Source of the DNA: a virus
Lineage: Duplodnaviria > Caudoviricetes
IMG/VR virus record: IMGVR_UViG_3300013383_000017
Span: 77,887 to 141,886 of that record
Reading direction: 5' to 3' (one strand)
DNA: 64,000 nucleotides
Position numbers and translations under genes: made by a program. The first letter of the stretch is position 1. Each line of letters starts with the position of its first letter. This document shows, piece after piece, positions 20,601 through 29,538 of this stretch. Below the pieces are notes generated by a model, which was given only the letters and a program-made list of their open reading frames with translations, was not told where the DNA came from and did no database searches.

Positions 20601-23600
20601 AAGAAGTTTCTCTATCCTATTTCTATTAGCAGGCTCTGTAAGAGGTACATTAAATTCCCCATCTTCATTTAGGGATACTGCATATCTATCATCATCTGTA
20701 TATTGGTCACTTCCTGCCATTTGAGATAGTAAGAAAGTAGATAGAGATATATTATCTCTGCATATTTTTTGTATTCCCTCAAAGCCTTTAATGTATCCAG
20801 CAGTTAACATAAATTGTACAAGATTAACAAATGGTTTCTTTCCTATTTTTATTTCTTTTCCATTGTGTTTATAGGTGAAACTAAATGAATCTGGGATATT
20901 TGCAGTAGTAATCTTTTTAGCTTGAGAACCAATAATACTTAATGCATCTCTAGCATGTTCTGGTGTTTCAGTAATTAATCCCCAATCTTCTCTGTTATGT
21001 TCTTTTATAACATTAGGAATTTTAGATACTTCTTCTAAATAATCAAGTATTTGTTCTTCACTCCAATTCTCTTCTATTGCTTGGTTAAGATCAATAGGTG
21101 CTATATTACCAATCTTTATACCACTTGAAAATTGAGCTAATTCTACATTTTCCTTTTCACAAAATCTATTTAAAGCCTTTAAAAAAGGAGAATTACCTAA
21201 TTCACCAGCAATTTCTTGATATATAGCCATCATTACAGCTTCGGAGTTTTTAATAATCATTGGTACTTTTAGTTTACCATAGTTTTCTCCTTCACTATTT
21301 GTTACACCACTTTCAACATCAATATTAGTAAATACATAGGGTTTAAGAACAGTAACCATTGTTTGTATATCATTAAATGTAAATCTACCTGTCTTAATAT
21401 GCATGTAGGCTTCTTGCATTGTGTCATTCCACAATCCTAAGCCAAGTAGAGTATCTTTTAAGGAGGTAAGAGTTACAAAACCCTGTCCATCAGTAACATT
21501 TACATTTGATTTCCAATTAGATATCATGAAGTCATACTCTTGTTTATTCATTCTGCCTTCTTTTACTGCTTTTTTAAATATTGCATCAACTTCAGTTAGT
21601 ATTTTAGATTTATATTGAATATCTGAAAGACTTATAAATCTCCTTTTTTTCCTATTAAAGTTTCTACTTTCAAGTTGTGCTCTTCTTTCCATAGCTGGAG
21701 TATAAAGTCTTTTTGTTGCCGATATAACACCTTTACATCTCTTAAAGAAGTCTGTAATAGATTTGAAATAAGCAGGGTCAACCATTAATAGTTGCATCAT
21801 TTGTGAATTCCAAAAAGTATAATTTAAATAATAGTCTTGTAAGTCTTTTAGTTTTTCTTCTGTTGCATCTTTTACATACTTAGAAGCAAAAGTATTAAAC
21901 TCCCTATTTAAACCGTCTTTAAGTTCTTCTTCTATTATTTCTCTTCTTTCTGTTTCACTACCTGCTTTTACTATAGCATTAAAAGTTTCAGGGTTATTTA
22001 AGAACTCAAAATAGCAGAATTGTTTACCTCTCTTACCATCAAAGTTAGCAATAGGGGCCATGTCATTCTTTTCTCTTGCAAGAACTAAATTAATTCTCTC
22101 CCACTCCTGCATACATAGATCTACTAAATCTTCTAATACTTTATCTCTTCTCATATGTGGAACTTTATAGAATTCATAGCTAGAACTATCAGAAAGTATG
22201 AACATTGGCATCCATATTTCACCTTTTTTATTATCATTATTACTATATTCAGCATAACAAGCTGCAAAATATTCTGCAGCATTCATTTCTTCTATTTCTT
22301 TTTTATCTTTAGATAATAGAACTTTCCTTTGTAATGTTTTTTTAAAGCTAGAATCAGTGTCTAATAATCTTAAGAATTCATTTTTATAACCATTTTTATC
22401 TTTGAATTGTTTATATTTACCAAAGTTTTCTTGTAAATAATCCTTAAATTGATCATAATTAAGTGTGTATACAGCATTAAGAAGTCTACCCCAGAAAGAA
22501 GGTTTAGTATAAGCATATCTTGATTTACCATCTTCTGTAAATGAAGCCATAGATACATTCTCTGGTATTACCCCTATTACCTGTGCTAATTCTCTCCACC
22601 TTCTATTATTATCATTTCCCGGTTGAAATTTAATATCTGTAAATATATTAGTACCTTGAGGTAATAAAGTGCTTTTTCCTTCTTTATCAAGATTTTTATT
22701 GTAGAGAGAATCTAGTATTGTACTTATACTACTTTTAATGGTAACAAAAGCTTGTAATGTATTTTTTTCTTTTTCTCCTTCTTCTGAATTTTCTGATATA
22801 TAATCAGTACTAGCTAGTAATTCTTCTTTTGTAGTATTTACACCTATCATTCTTAGAAGTTCTACTATACCTAAAATATTATCTTTATATATTTGTATTC
22901 TCTGTTCATCAGAAAGGTATGGAACTATTACTTTTTCATTTATACTATTTAATAAAGCTTCTGCTCTTTTTATATTCTGTAAATTAAATGTTTGATTACT
23001 ATTATATACAGGATATTTACTATAAGCAGTACCAGTAGAATAAACTCTTGCCCATTCTTTAACTAAATATTCTTCAGCATTTGATTTGTTTACTCTTTTA
23101 GTTTTGTTTTCAATTTGTATCCAATAATTAAGATATTCAGAATAAAGATCTGTGTATAAAGCTGCATCTATATTTGCTACATGAGATAAATCTCTACTCA
23201 TTGATTCTTTCATAATATCATCTTGTATCATCTTATAGAGTTCTTTAGCCCAGCCATATTTTATACCTAATTTCTGTATAGCAGGTAAAAATTCTTCTGG
23301 TGAGTTTAGCTTACTAACTACTTCTAATAAAACAGTATGTACTCTATCTGCATCTTCATATTGTGCAAAACCTAAATCATCTGTAATTTTTTTACCATTA
23401 AGGTCAACTTTATGAAGATTACTAAGTACTCTTCTTGAAGTAGCAGAAAGTGTTGTTCTTGGGTCTACTTCTCTTATTTTTACTGAAAAACCTTGCTTTA
23501 TATCTTGTTTTTCTTCCTCATTAACTTCTTCTGCTTCTACTGTTTCTGTTTCTGTATCATTATCTTCTATATTATTATCTTCTTCTTTTTCTGTTTTTTC

Positions 23601-26600
23601 AGAAGTTTCATGATTCATAATATAATCATAATCTTCATCAGTAAATTCACCTATCTTCGCATCTTCTTGACTCACAATATCTATTTTTACATCCTCTCTC
23701 TTATATAAAAGATTAGCAGCTTCAGCAAATAGTTGTTCAAAATTATCATATATCTTTTTAAACTCTCCTTCTATATATTGCCAATCTTCTTCTGTGTATT
23801 TATCTTTACGAAAAGATTGATCTGGGCGTAAAAAGACATCTTTAAACTCTCTTAATAAAACATCTGTATATTTGGTAAGAAGATATTTCTTTGTCTTTTT
23901 ATATTTTTTACCTTTACTTTCTGCATCTGCTTTTAAATCTTCTATATAGTAATCTAATACTTCTTCTATTTTTAGAACTATAAGGTTTACTCTATTAAGT
24001 TTAGCAGCAGCAGAACCAAAAACATTATTTAAATTTTTACTTGTAACTCTTTCTTTTTCTTTGATTTTATCTATTCTTTTTTGTTCTTCAACAGTAGGTT
24101 TTGGGTCAAATGTAGTACCTATACCTTCTCTTCCTAGAAGAGGAGTGGTTGTTTTTTTATCTTCTGTTTGCACGGATTGTTTTTTAAGATTATCTTTATC
24201 CCATTGTTCTGCAGCCTGTTTTGTGGCTTCAAATCTTTCTGTTTCTTTTACTTCTTCTGGGTATCTTGCTGCTGCTTCACAGATTGCAAGTGCTTTGGAG
24301 CAGGCATTATACAGGCTCCTGTCTTGTGTATTAGATTTGGTTTTAAGCCATGTTTTATACAAATTTCTTCTGGACTCATTGTCCAAGTATCTACTGTTTT
24401 GAAAACTGTATCCTTTGTACTCATATTTATCTTTTAATTTATTAAAAATATTATCAACTTCTTCTTGACTGAAGCAAGTAATAGCTAGTTCATTAGTATC
24501 AAAATGAAAACTACTACCATCTATACCTACTTCTTGTAATGTTTTTTCAATTTGCTCTATTGTAGTACCTTCTGGTGTTGTAAACACTACTTCCAAAGCT
24601 GTTGCTTCTTCTTCAGTATTAACATAATTAGCAGCTATTACAGCATCTTGATATTCATTGCTTAAATCACCCATTAAAGATGCAAATAAATCTATTTTTT
24701 CTTGATCTGCATTTTTAAGTGTATAAAACCAACTTATCTCACTACTACCTAAATATGTACCACCTAAAGGTTCTACTTTTACTATTTCTAATCCTAATTT
24801 TTTTGCTAATTTATTAGCTTTTTCTTGTATATCCTTAGTTGCTTGTATCATCTCTTCTTTATTAGAAGATGTTAATTTACTTCTAAAATATGGAGCTACA
24901 GTAACAAACTGATAGTCTTTATTGTTATTTTCTTGCTGTTCTTTTTTATTCTTTTTACCTTCAAATATTTTATTTGCTATAGCAATAATGTTTTCTCTAC
25001 CTTTGGAGCCACTAAGTATAGCATCAATAGCCTTTTTACCATTATCTTGCAGTTCTCTTGACCCTATAACAGCTGCATTTTTTGTAATAGTTGGTTGTGG
25101 TATTTCTTTAAAATTTCCATCATCCCATATTTTCCAAGAGTTGCTATTTTGATCAAATAAATACACAGGTATACCTCTTTGTATACCTCTTATCACAGCA
25201 TATGCTGTTCCACCTTTAACAAATCCATCATTATCTAAAGTACTTATTGCAAATATTGCATCTGCATCATCTGCCTGCATCATACTTCTTCTAACAAGTT
25301 TACCAACATAGGTATTTTCATTCAGTACTTTTCTACCAAGTATTTTTACAACTTCTAGATATTCTTTTTCAAATTTTTCTTTCAATTCTTTTGGTAGATT
25401 ATCCCAGTCTGATGTAGTATAATGCACTACCTTAATACCAGCTTTATTAGCCACTTCTCCCCAATAAGTATCTGCACCTTTTGCTCCCCCAGAATAAAAG
25501 GTTGCTTCTTTTGGATTAAAAGGTAGTTTATACCCTTCAGTCTTAGAAGATTGAGCAGTTTCAGGTTGTAAAGGAGTACCTTCTTTCTTGGTATTTTTAC
25601 TTATAATAGAAACAGTATCTGTAGCTCTTGATACAGCTACATACTCTAATTGTTTAAGTATAGTGTTTTCTATACCTTTACCTAAAAAGTCACTCCATTC
25701 ATCTAATTCAGAAGTATTCTGTACTTTTGCTATATCATCATCATCTATAAGAACATTATCAAAAGTAGAACCTTGCGATTTATGTACAGTCATAGCATAA
25801 CCATAGTCTATAACTTTATTTTGCAAAGTATTACCTTTATCATCTATTATATCATCATTTACAAATAAAAAACTATCTAAATACTGGATTTTTGCTAGTA
25901 TTGCATTTGCTAATTTTTTATTTCCTCTATTTTCTCTCCATTTTTTCCATAATTTCTTTTTTTCTTCAGCTACGGTAATAGCCGCTAATTTATTTTTTTG
26001 ATTTGTTTTTATATCTATAAAATTAAAAGTATTTGCTTTTTTAGATGAATTAATTAGTGTAATAGGGACTGCACTAAATTCAACAGTAGTGTCTGATAAT
26101 TGTACAGAAATAGATTTTTGTTCCTTTACATCAGTAACAGTATAAGCTTCTGAATTTACTAATGCATAGCTGCCAGTTCTCCAATCATATCCCATATTTG
26201 TATAACCCATCATAGGTTCTCCAACTCTAGGTATCATTGTTTTGTATCCTAGTACACTCCTTGTGAGGTCATTGTAATAAGCAACCATCTTATTAGTGTA
26301 GGCTAATATTCTAAAATAATTTGGATTATCTTTTATTTTAGTAGCAAAATGTTGTATAATCTTTTTTATAGAATCATGATTATTACTTTTAATATATGCC
26401 ACACCTTTTCCTTCTTTATTAAAAGAAGATTCTTCTGACAATCCTTTATTATTACGAAGAGCTGTAGCTTCTTTAAGTATAGCATTATCCCCAGTTCTTT
26501 CTACCTGAGTTAATGTTACTACCTTACCATTATTATTTGTAAAGACTTTAGAAATATTATTCTCTTTGACAGGATTTAACTGAGCACTATCACCTACATA

Positions 26601-27971
26601 TATAATTTTTAAATTAAAATCTTTTGCTATTTGATTTATAGTATTGTAATTATTAGTATTAATCATTGATGCTTCATCTATGACTACTACAGTACCCGGA
26701 TAAATGCCATTTTTTGCTAAATTGCTAAGATCTAATTTGTTTACTAGATTTTTAACATTATAATCTTCTTTTGAAGAATCTAGCTCAACCATTATTCCAA
26801 ATGCTTTATTCAAAGTGATAGCTTTAAATCCTGTTTTTTTTACTTTCTCAGAAAGAACAGCTGCTGCTTTGTTAGTTGATGCACTAAAAACTATATTTAC
26901 ACCATCTTGTGTACATTTGTCAGCAACCATTTGCATTAATGATGTTTTTCCAGTACCAGCATAACCACTAAGAGTCATTGTTGTTGCATCTGATTTAATA
27001 AAGTCACTTATAGTGTTTAATGCTTCTTCCTGCTGTTTATTAGGTTTAAATGAAGCATCTACTTTAATACCATCATTAAATGTAAAATATGTAGGAGTAT
27101 TGCTTAAAATAGTTTCTTTTTCTTCTGTTTTGTCTTCTAATCTTTGCCCTGTTTCTGCATCTATAATATCTCCTCTTGTATTTACAATATAATTTTTATT
27201 TTTATATTCTACAACTACTGCTTTATTTAGTAATACATCAAGATTAAAAAGTATTTTATTTCTATCAGGACCTTCTTCTGCAAATACTTCTCTACCTTCT
27301 GTATTATATATTTTAGTTCCTTTTACAATATATTCTTGTTGTATTTCCCCTTTTGGAGTATATTTGATTTTATATCCCTCTTTATCTTGAGACTCCTCTG
27401 CATTTTCTATAGGAGAAAAACTATTAGGCTGTACTGTTTTTTTACTTTTTTTTGCTATAGCTTCATTTAACTTTTCACTAAATTCAGATATTTGATCATC
27501 AGTAAAATCCCTTAAAAATATTTTTTTTCTGGTGTATACATCTATTATAGTACCTTTATCATCAATAACATATTTTTGGTTATTATATTCTACTATCCAA
27601 GCTTCTCCTTTTGAAATTTTATAATTCATTAATATAAAATCTCTTTCAGGATTGCCTTTTTTAAATACTTCATTACCCTCCTCATCTGTAATGATGTACT
27701 CACCAGAAGTATTCTGCATTATTAAAAATTTTTTCTCTTCTCCTCCATATTTAAATGGTACTACTCTAGCATCTTTAAATCTTGAATCTATGTCTTCAAT
27801 TTGTTTAGCCATATAATCATCTAATTCTTTTTGTGAAGGCATAGTATCTTTTATAAATACACCTAGTTTTGCTCTAATAAATCTTTCTGTAACATATTTT
27901 TTATCTTTATATTTAGATAAAAAATCTTCAATTACTCCTTGTGGGATTACCTTACATTCTATTTTACTCAT
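17682..27971 (-). CDS. Virion-packaged RNA polymerase (crAss-type) with N-terminal RecD/Dda-like SF1B helicase and SLOG-like domains
   Basis: 3429 aa. RNAP motifs TDGQG, GYRIPT, GSDFDID, VDNA. Helicase motifs GYAGTGKT, IDEASM, VGDSAQL, YAMTVHKSQGSTF, YVAVSRA. SLOG-like SGGAKGAD...GGTAYAV. Confidence 0.9.
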   Translation of the reverse strand: MSKIECKVIPQGVIEDFLSKYKDKKYVTERFIRAKLGVFIKDTMPSQKELDDYMAKQIEDIDSRFKDARVVPFKYGGEEKKFLIMQNTSGEYIITDEEGNEVFKKGNPERDFILMNYKISKGEAWIVEYNNQKYVIDDKGTIIDVYTRKKIFLRDFTDDQISEFSEKLNEAIAKKSKKTVQPNSFSPIENAEESQDKEGYKIKYTPKGEIQQEYIVKGTKIYNTEGREVFAEEGPDRNKILFNLDVLLNKAVVVEYKNKNYIVNTRGDIIDAETGQRLEDKTEEKETILSNTPTYFTFNDGIKVDASFKPNKQQEEALNTISDFIKSDATTMTLSGYAGTGKTSLMQMVADKCTQDGVNIVFSASTNKAAAVLSEKVKKTGFKAITLNKAFGIMVELDSSKEDYNVKNLVNKLDLSNLAKNGIYPGTVVVIDEASMINTNNYNTINQIAKDFNLKIIYVGDSAQLNPVKENNISKVFTNNNGKVVTLTQVERTGDNAILKEATALRNNKGLSEESSFNKEGKGVAYIKSNNHDSIKKIIQHFATKIKDNPNYFRILAYTNKMVAYYNDLTRSVLGYKTMIPRVGEPMMGYTNMGYDWRTGSYALVNSEAYTVTDVKEQKSISVQLSDTTVEFSAVPITLINSSKKANTFNFIDIKTNQKNKLAAITVAEEKKKLWKKWRENRGNKKLANAILAKIQYLDSFLFVNDDIIDDKGNTLQNKVIDYGYAMTVHKSQGSTFDNVLIDDDDIAKVQNTSELDEWSDFLGKGIENTILKQLEYVAVSRATDTVSIISKNTKKEGTPLQPETAQSSKTEGYKLPFNPKEATFYSGGAKGADTYWGEVANKAGIKVVHYTTSDWDNLPKELKEKFEKEYLEVVKILGRKVLNENTYVGKLVRRSMMQADDADAIFAISTLDNDGFVKGGTAYAVIRGIQRGIPVYLFDQNSNSWKIWDDGNFKEIPQPTITKNAAVIGSRELQDNGKKAIDAILSGSKGRENIIAIANKIFEGKKNKKEQQENNNKDYQFVTVAPYFRSKLTSSNKEEMIQATKDIQEKANKLAKKLGLEIVKVEPLGGTYLGSSEISWFYTLKNADQEKIDLFASLMGDLSNEYQDAVIAANYVNTEEEATALEVVFTTPEGTTIEQIEKTLQEVGIDGSSFHFDTNELAITCFSQEEVDNIFNKLKDKYEYKGYSFQNSRYLDNESRRNLYKTWLKTKSNTQDRSLYNACSKALAICEAAARYPEEVKETERFEATKQAAEQWDKDNLKKQSVQTEDKKTTTPLLGREGIGTTFDPKPTVEEQKRIDKIKEKERVTSKNLNNVFGSAAAKLNRVNLIVLKIEEVLDYYIEDLKADAESKGKKYKKTKKYLLTKYTDVLLREFKDVFLRPDQSFRKDKYTEEDWQYIEGEFKKIYDNFEQLFAEAANLLYKREDVKIDIVSQEDAKIGEFTDEDYDYIMNHETSEKTEKEEDNNIEDNDTETETVEAEEVNEEEKQDIKQGFSVKIREVDPRTTLSATSRRVLSNLHKVDLNGKKITDDLGFAQYEDADRVHTVLLEVVSKLNSPEEFLPAIQKLGIKYGWAKELYKMIQDDIMKESMSRDLSHVANIDAALYTDLYSEYLNYWIQIENKTKRVNKSNAEEYLVKEWARVYSTGTAYSKYPVYNSNQTFNLQNIKRAEALLNSINEKVIVPYLSDEQRIQIYKDNILGIVELLRMIGVNTTKEELLASTDYISENSEEGEKEKNTLQAFVTIKSSISTILDSLYNKNLDKEGKSTLLPQGTNIFTDIKFQPGNDNNRRWRELAQVIGVIPENVSMASFTEDGKSRYAYTKPSFWGRLLNAVYTLNYDQFKDYLQENFGKYKQFKDKNGYKNEFLRLLDTDSSFKKTLQRKVLLSKDKKEIEEMNAAEYFAACYAEYSNNDNKKGEIWMPMFILSDSSSYEFYKVPHMRRDKVLEDLVDLCMQEWERINLVLAREKNDMAPIANFDGKRGKQFCYFEFLNNPETFNAIVKAGSETERREIIEEELKDGLNREFNTFASKYVKDATEEKLKDLQDYYLNYTFWNSQMMQLLMVDPAYFKSITDFFKRCKGVISATKRLYTPAMERRAQLESRNFNRKKRRFISLSDIQYKSKILTEVDAIFKKAVKEGRMNKQEYDFMISNWKSNVNVTDGQGFVTLTSLKDTLLGLGLWNDTMQEAYMHIKTGRFTFNDIQTMVTVLKPYVFTNIDVESGVTNSEGENYGKLKVPMIIKNSEAVMMAIYQEIAGELGNSPFLKALNRFCEKENVELAQFSSGIKIGNIAPIDLNQAIEENWSEEQILDYLEEVSKIPNVIKEHNREDWGLITETPEHARDALSIIGSQAKKITTANIPDSFSFTYKHNGKEIKIGKKPFVNLVQFMLTAGYIKGFEGIQKICRDNISLSTFLLSQMAGSDQYTDDDRYAVSLNEDGEFNVPLTEPANRNRIEKLLSSIVSKKVTRQQMAGASCVQISAVGKTDDLSIRFKDKDGKLLPTKKQWLKNNKDKTEKDWENYINSIEGLSVAYYECYMPVYAKKFFRKYFKDGKVDVNKLPKELRKVVGYRIPTEAAYSMQPIYIKDFLPATMGSSIMLPAEITKIVGSDFDIDKVFMLLPEVKYDKETKKLVADTVNLEDYINEDGSIDYAKIYKETTQTQRNTLLKDLIFEFLTNKDTADLNLRVGNFSDYVREATIADIMDNMSIPQILEYYNIKQEDITDTKEIKKIVAKFYNEINNMSSSELRKLKEQALSRNQSLVSFNTQLFTFEQFNLGDKMIGINAVAAAGHNIGELTTTKTKKPFTFLGYTISKIDDIYDKEGTLISSNIAEGIGASVDNASNPTLYSLGHNPNTGNVTNFLLRAGIPLKVVLKYVKAMSTLEKNSEYKKLEISDDERKSLYRAINSVKLEDIIILSKMVETPGYLEIDSNASLAKTIHVLNEVIQSYGGTLNSYTLAARGDAQSNEAGPTLGQTVATLLKLKNSLDSADKKGNIVTNMVNIDSMLEQNPNSIDDLIKEIMEQPIPFVYAATKCGLVMGNNQLLKHVKIKAVLQNALDLLAETDITYTSTDELAKFIDQYINDYYLFLLRGTPSFSYDYIELLQKVPNVLAEMQEKYPEEFRTNALLNNIKVYIYNNSVIGQRIGFSKDYGVNRTQIENIKDAWYKLLTSNNKDLHRLGVSLLLYATTYGFNYLPNSLMPYISAIVKSKVEEYSATMNKDLNAQQNEALVSSFNKQFMANHLYDNFLFSVIGKKKNDVTLIDGYKTITATFEEGQSKTYVKLKAPAFEIGETVTVYYKKVSEEKKGDKVVCTYERIQKMGDSKLREYYCQEVVEKTIRDTLLQDNNSNTNEQAVSQEESENGEFIGDASTSDIEKLADETNDVNDNESDDFVMEGDNPIIDMLLSSADKVSARENQENTVLDENGEFVEMC

Positions 27972-28019
27972 ATTAATATATATTAATTATTAATTAAATA
28001 TCAAATATAAATTTTAGTG

Positions 28020-28050
28020 CTAATATAGTAAAAAGAAATAAATTATACAA
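28020..28050 (-). promoter_or_regulatory. Putative promoter TTG-N20-TATATTAG for the RNAP operon
   Basis: TTGTATAATTTATTTCTTTTTACTATATTAG on the - strand, matching 5052-5082. Confidence 0.55.
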
Positions 28051-28060
28051 TAGTTTTAAT

Positions 28061-28100
28061 AAAAAAGTAGGGCAGTAATAATTAAATATTACTACCCCAT
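28061..28100 (-). terminator. Rho-independent terminator after thyX
   Basis: GGGGTAGTAATA-tttaat-TATTACTGCCCT followed by ACTTTTTT on the - strand. Confidence 0.8.
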
Positions 28101-28160
28101 AAATAAAAAATTAAATAGGTTTTAAATATAAAATAATCATTAATATATAATTAATAAGTA

Positions 28161-28955
28161 CTAAAGATAATAATTATCTTTGAAATATTTATATAGAGAA
28201 TCTAATAATCTGTGCATTTCAGGATGTGCTTTTCCTGTTTTATCTAGTACTCTTAAATCAAATAAATGTTTCCAATCTTCTATAAAACCAGTTACTACTA
28301 TCTCTGTTTTAGTACAAAGAGGTAATATATCTCTACATTCTTGTGCTTTAAAATCTTTAGATAACTTCATATAGTTATTTTCTACTGTTGCTAAGTAATT
28401 ATAAAACTCTTTTTTGGTTTTAGTATCAGCATTTTTAACCCAAAGGGGTTCTATAAAAGATAACTCATTACCAAATTTATCTTTAGAATAATTACAATAT
28501 CTTGATGATTCTTGAGCAAAACTCATAGTTCTATGTCTAACTAGTTCATTAGCAATGGCTCTATCAGTTATAAATCTAACTGTTGGTCTAATTTTATCTA
28601 TATTAGGTGTAGGATTATATAACTTTAAATCATCTAATCTACCTAGCTCTTGTAATACTCTTAAATTTGATATAACTGTATAGTTACCATTTATATCTAA
28701 TCTGCATATAGAATAGTGATTACAACCATAATCTGCTTCATAAGAATAGGGAAACTTTAATGATACTGTTCCAAATTCTAGCATAGCATAGTGTTTATGT
28801 TTTATAAGATTATCTACAAATCTTTTATAGGAATCTTCAGTTATACAATCAGAGGATTTATAGCATGTTCTTCCTACTTTTTCTATTTGTTTATAGATAC
28901 CTTCTACTCCTTTTTCTTGTTTAATTATTTCCCATGATGGCTCTAAAAGTTTCAT
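28161..28955 (-). CDS. thyX: FAD-dependent thymidylate synthase
   Basis: ThyX motif ELVRHRTMSFAQESSRY; GRTCYKS; HYAMLE. Confidence 0.93.
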   Translation of the reverse strand: MKLLEPSWEIIKQEKGVEGIYKQIEKVGRTCYKSSDCITEDSYKRFVDNLIKHKHYAMLEFGTVSLKFPYSYEADYGCNHYSICRLDINGNYTVISNLRVLQELGRLDDLKLYNPTPNIDKIRPTVRFITDRAIANELVRHRTMSFAQESSRYCNYSKDKFGNELSFIEPLWVKNADTKTKKEFYNYLATVENNYMKLSKDFKAQECRDILPLCTKTEIVVTGFIEDWKHLFDLRVLDKTGKAHPEMHRLLDSLYKYFKDNYYL

Positions 28956-29212
28956 ATTTTCTTTAGTATAAATGTATAATCATTGTTGATTTTTTCAATA
29001 ACAGTATCCTTGTCTATTGTAAAACCGACACTTAGAAAAGGACCCCCTTCTGGATCTACTGCTAATATACCTTTATTATCTTCTGTATATATATGTCGGG
29101 TATAATTAGAATTTCCAGCATCTAGAGCATATTCATTGTTATTTATCTGTATTAATCTTACTTTATAATTATATCTATTATATAAAGTATATTCTTTTTT
29201 AAATTTACTCAT
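28952..29212 (-). CDS. Hypothetical protein
   Basis: 86 aa, coupled stop/start with neighbours; VDPEGGPFL motif seen in phage proteins. Confidence 0.6.
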   Translation of the reverse strand: MSKFKKEYTLYNRYNYKVRLIQINNNEYALDAGNSNYTRHIYTEDNKGILAVDPEGGPFLSVGFTIDKDTVIEKINNDYTFILKKI

Positions 29213-29354
29213 ATGGTTCTAATGTGTAGTGTTTTACTTGTATATTAGGTAATTTAGTAATTAAAGTATTATAAGCATTACTATAAGAAGTTCCTAATAC
29301 TGTTACTTCTGTTGTTAAATTAAACACATTAATTGTAAAAATAAACTTATTCAT
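29205..29354 (-). CDS. Small hypothetical protein (probable start MNKFIF)
   Basis: ATG at 29354 overlaps the stop of the upstream gene, as elsewhere in this operon. Confidence 0.45.
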   Translation of the reverse strand: MNKFIFTINVFNLTTEVTVLGTSYSNAYNTLITKLPNIQVKHYTLEPYE

Positions 29355-29538
29355 CTTTAATATATAATTTACAATGGCATATATTCCTTTCCCTAAAATC
29401 AGTACAAGGACAATGGGGGTCTTTTGATTTATTATCACAGATACACTTATTCCCATTTTTCTCTATTAATCTTGTAATATTATCTACTATTTTTTCATTA
29501 GGATTTAGGTGGAATCCTTCTTTTTCTACATAATACAT
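29347..29538 (-). CDS. Ferredoxin:thioredoxin reductase catalytic-subunit-like protein
   Basis: 63 aa; GFHLNPN, then CIC...CPC...CHC, matching the FTR CPC/CPC/CHC [4Fe-4S] plus disulfide pattern. Confidence 0.8.
   Translation of the reverse strand: MYYVEKEGFHLNPNEKIVDNITRLIEKNGNKCICDNKSKDPHCPCTDFRERNICHCKLYIKDE

Noticed and set aside
27972-28160. tRNA or other structured ncRNA in intergenic gaps
   Set aside because: Only terminator hairpins and promoter motifs are visible; no cloverleaf or T-loop pattern was found by eye.
29355-29456. Longer starts in the ORF track for 29205, 31247, 59951 and 60310
   Set aside because: The extensions overlap upstream genes; downstream ATGs next to the preceding stop codon or an A-rich leader are more plausible.
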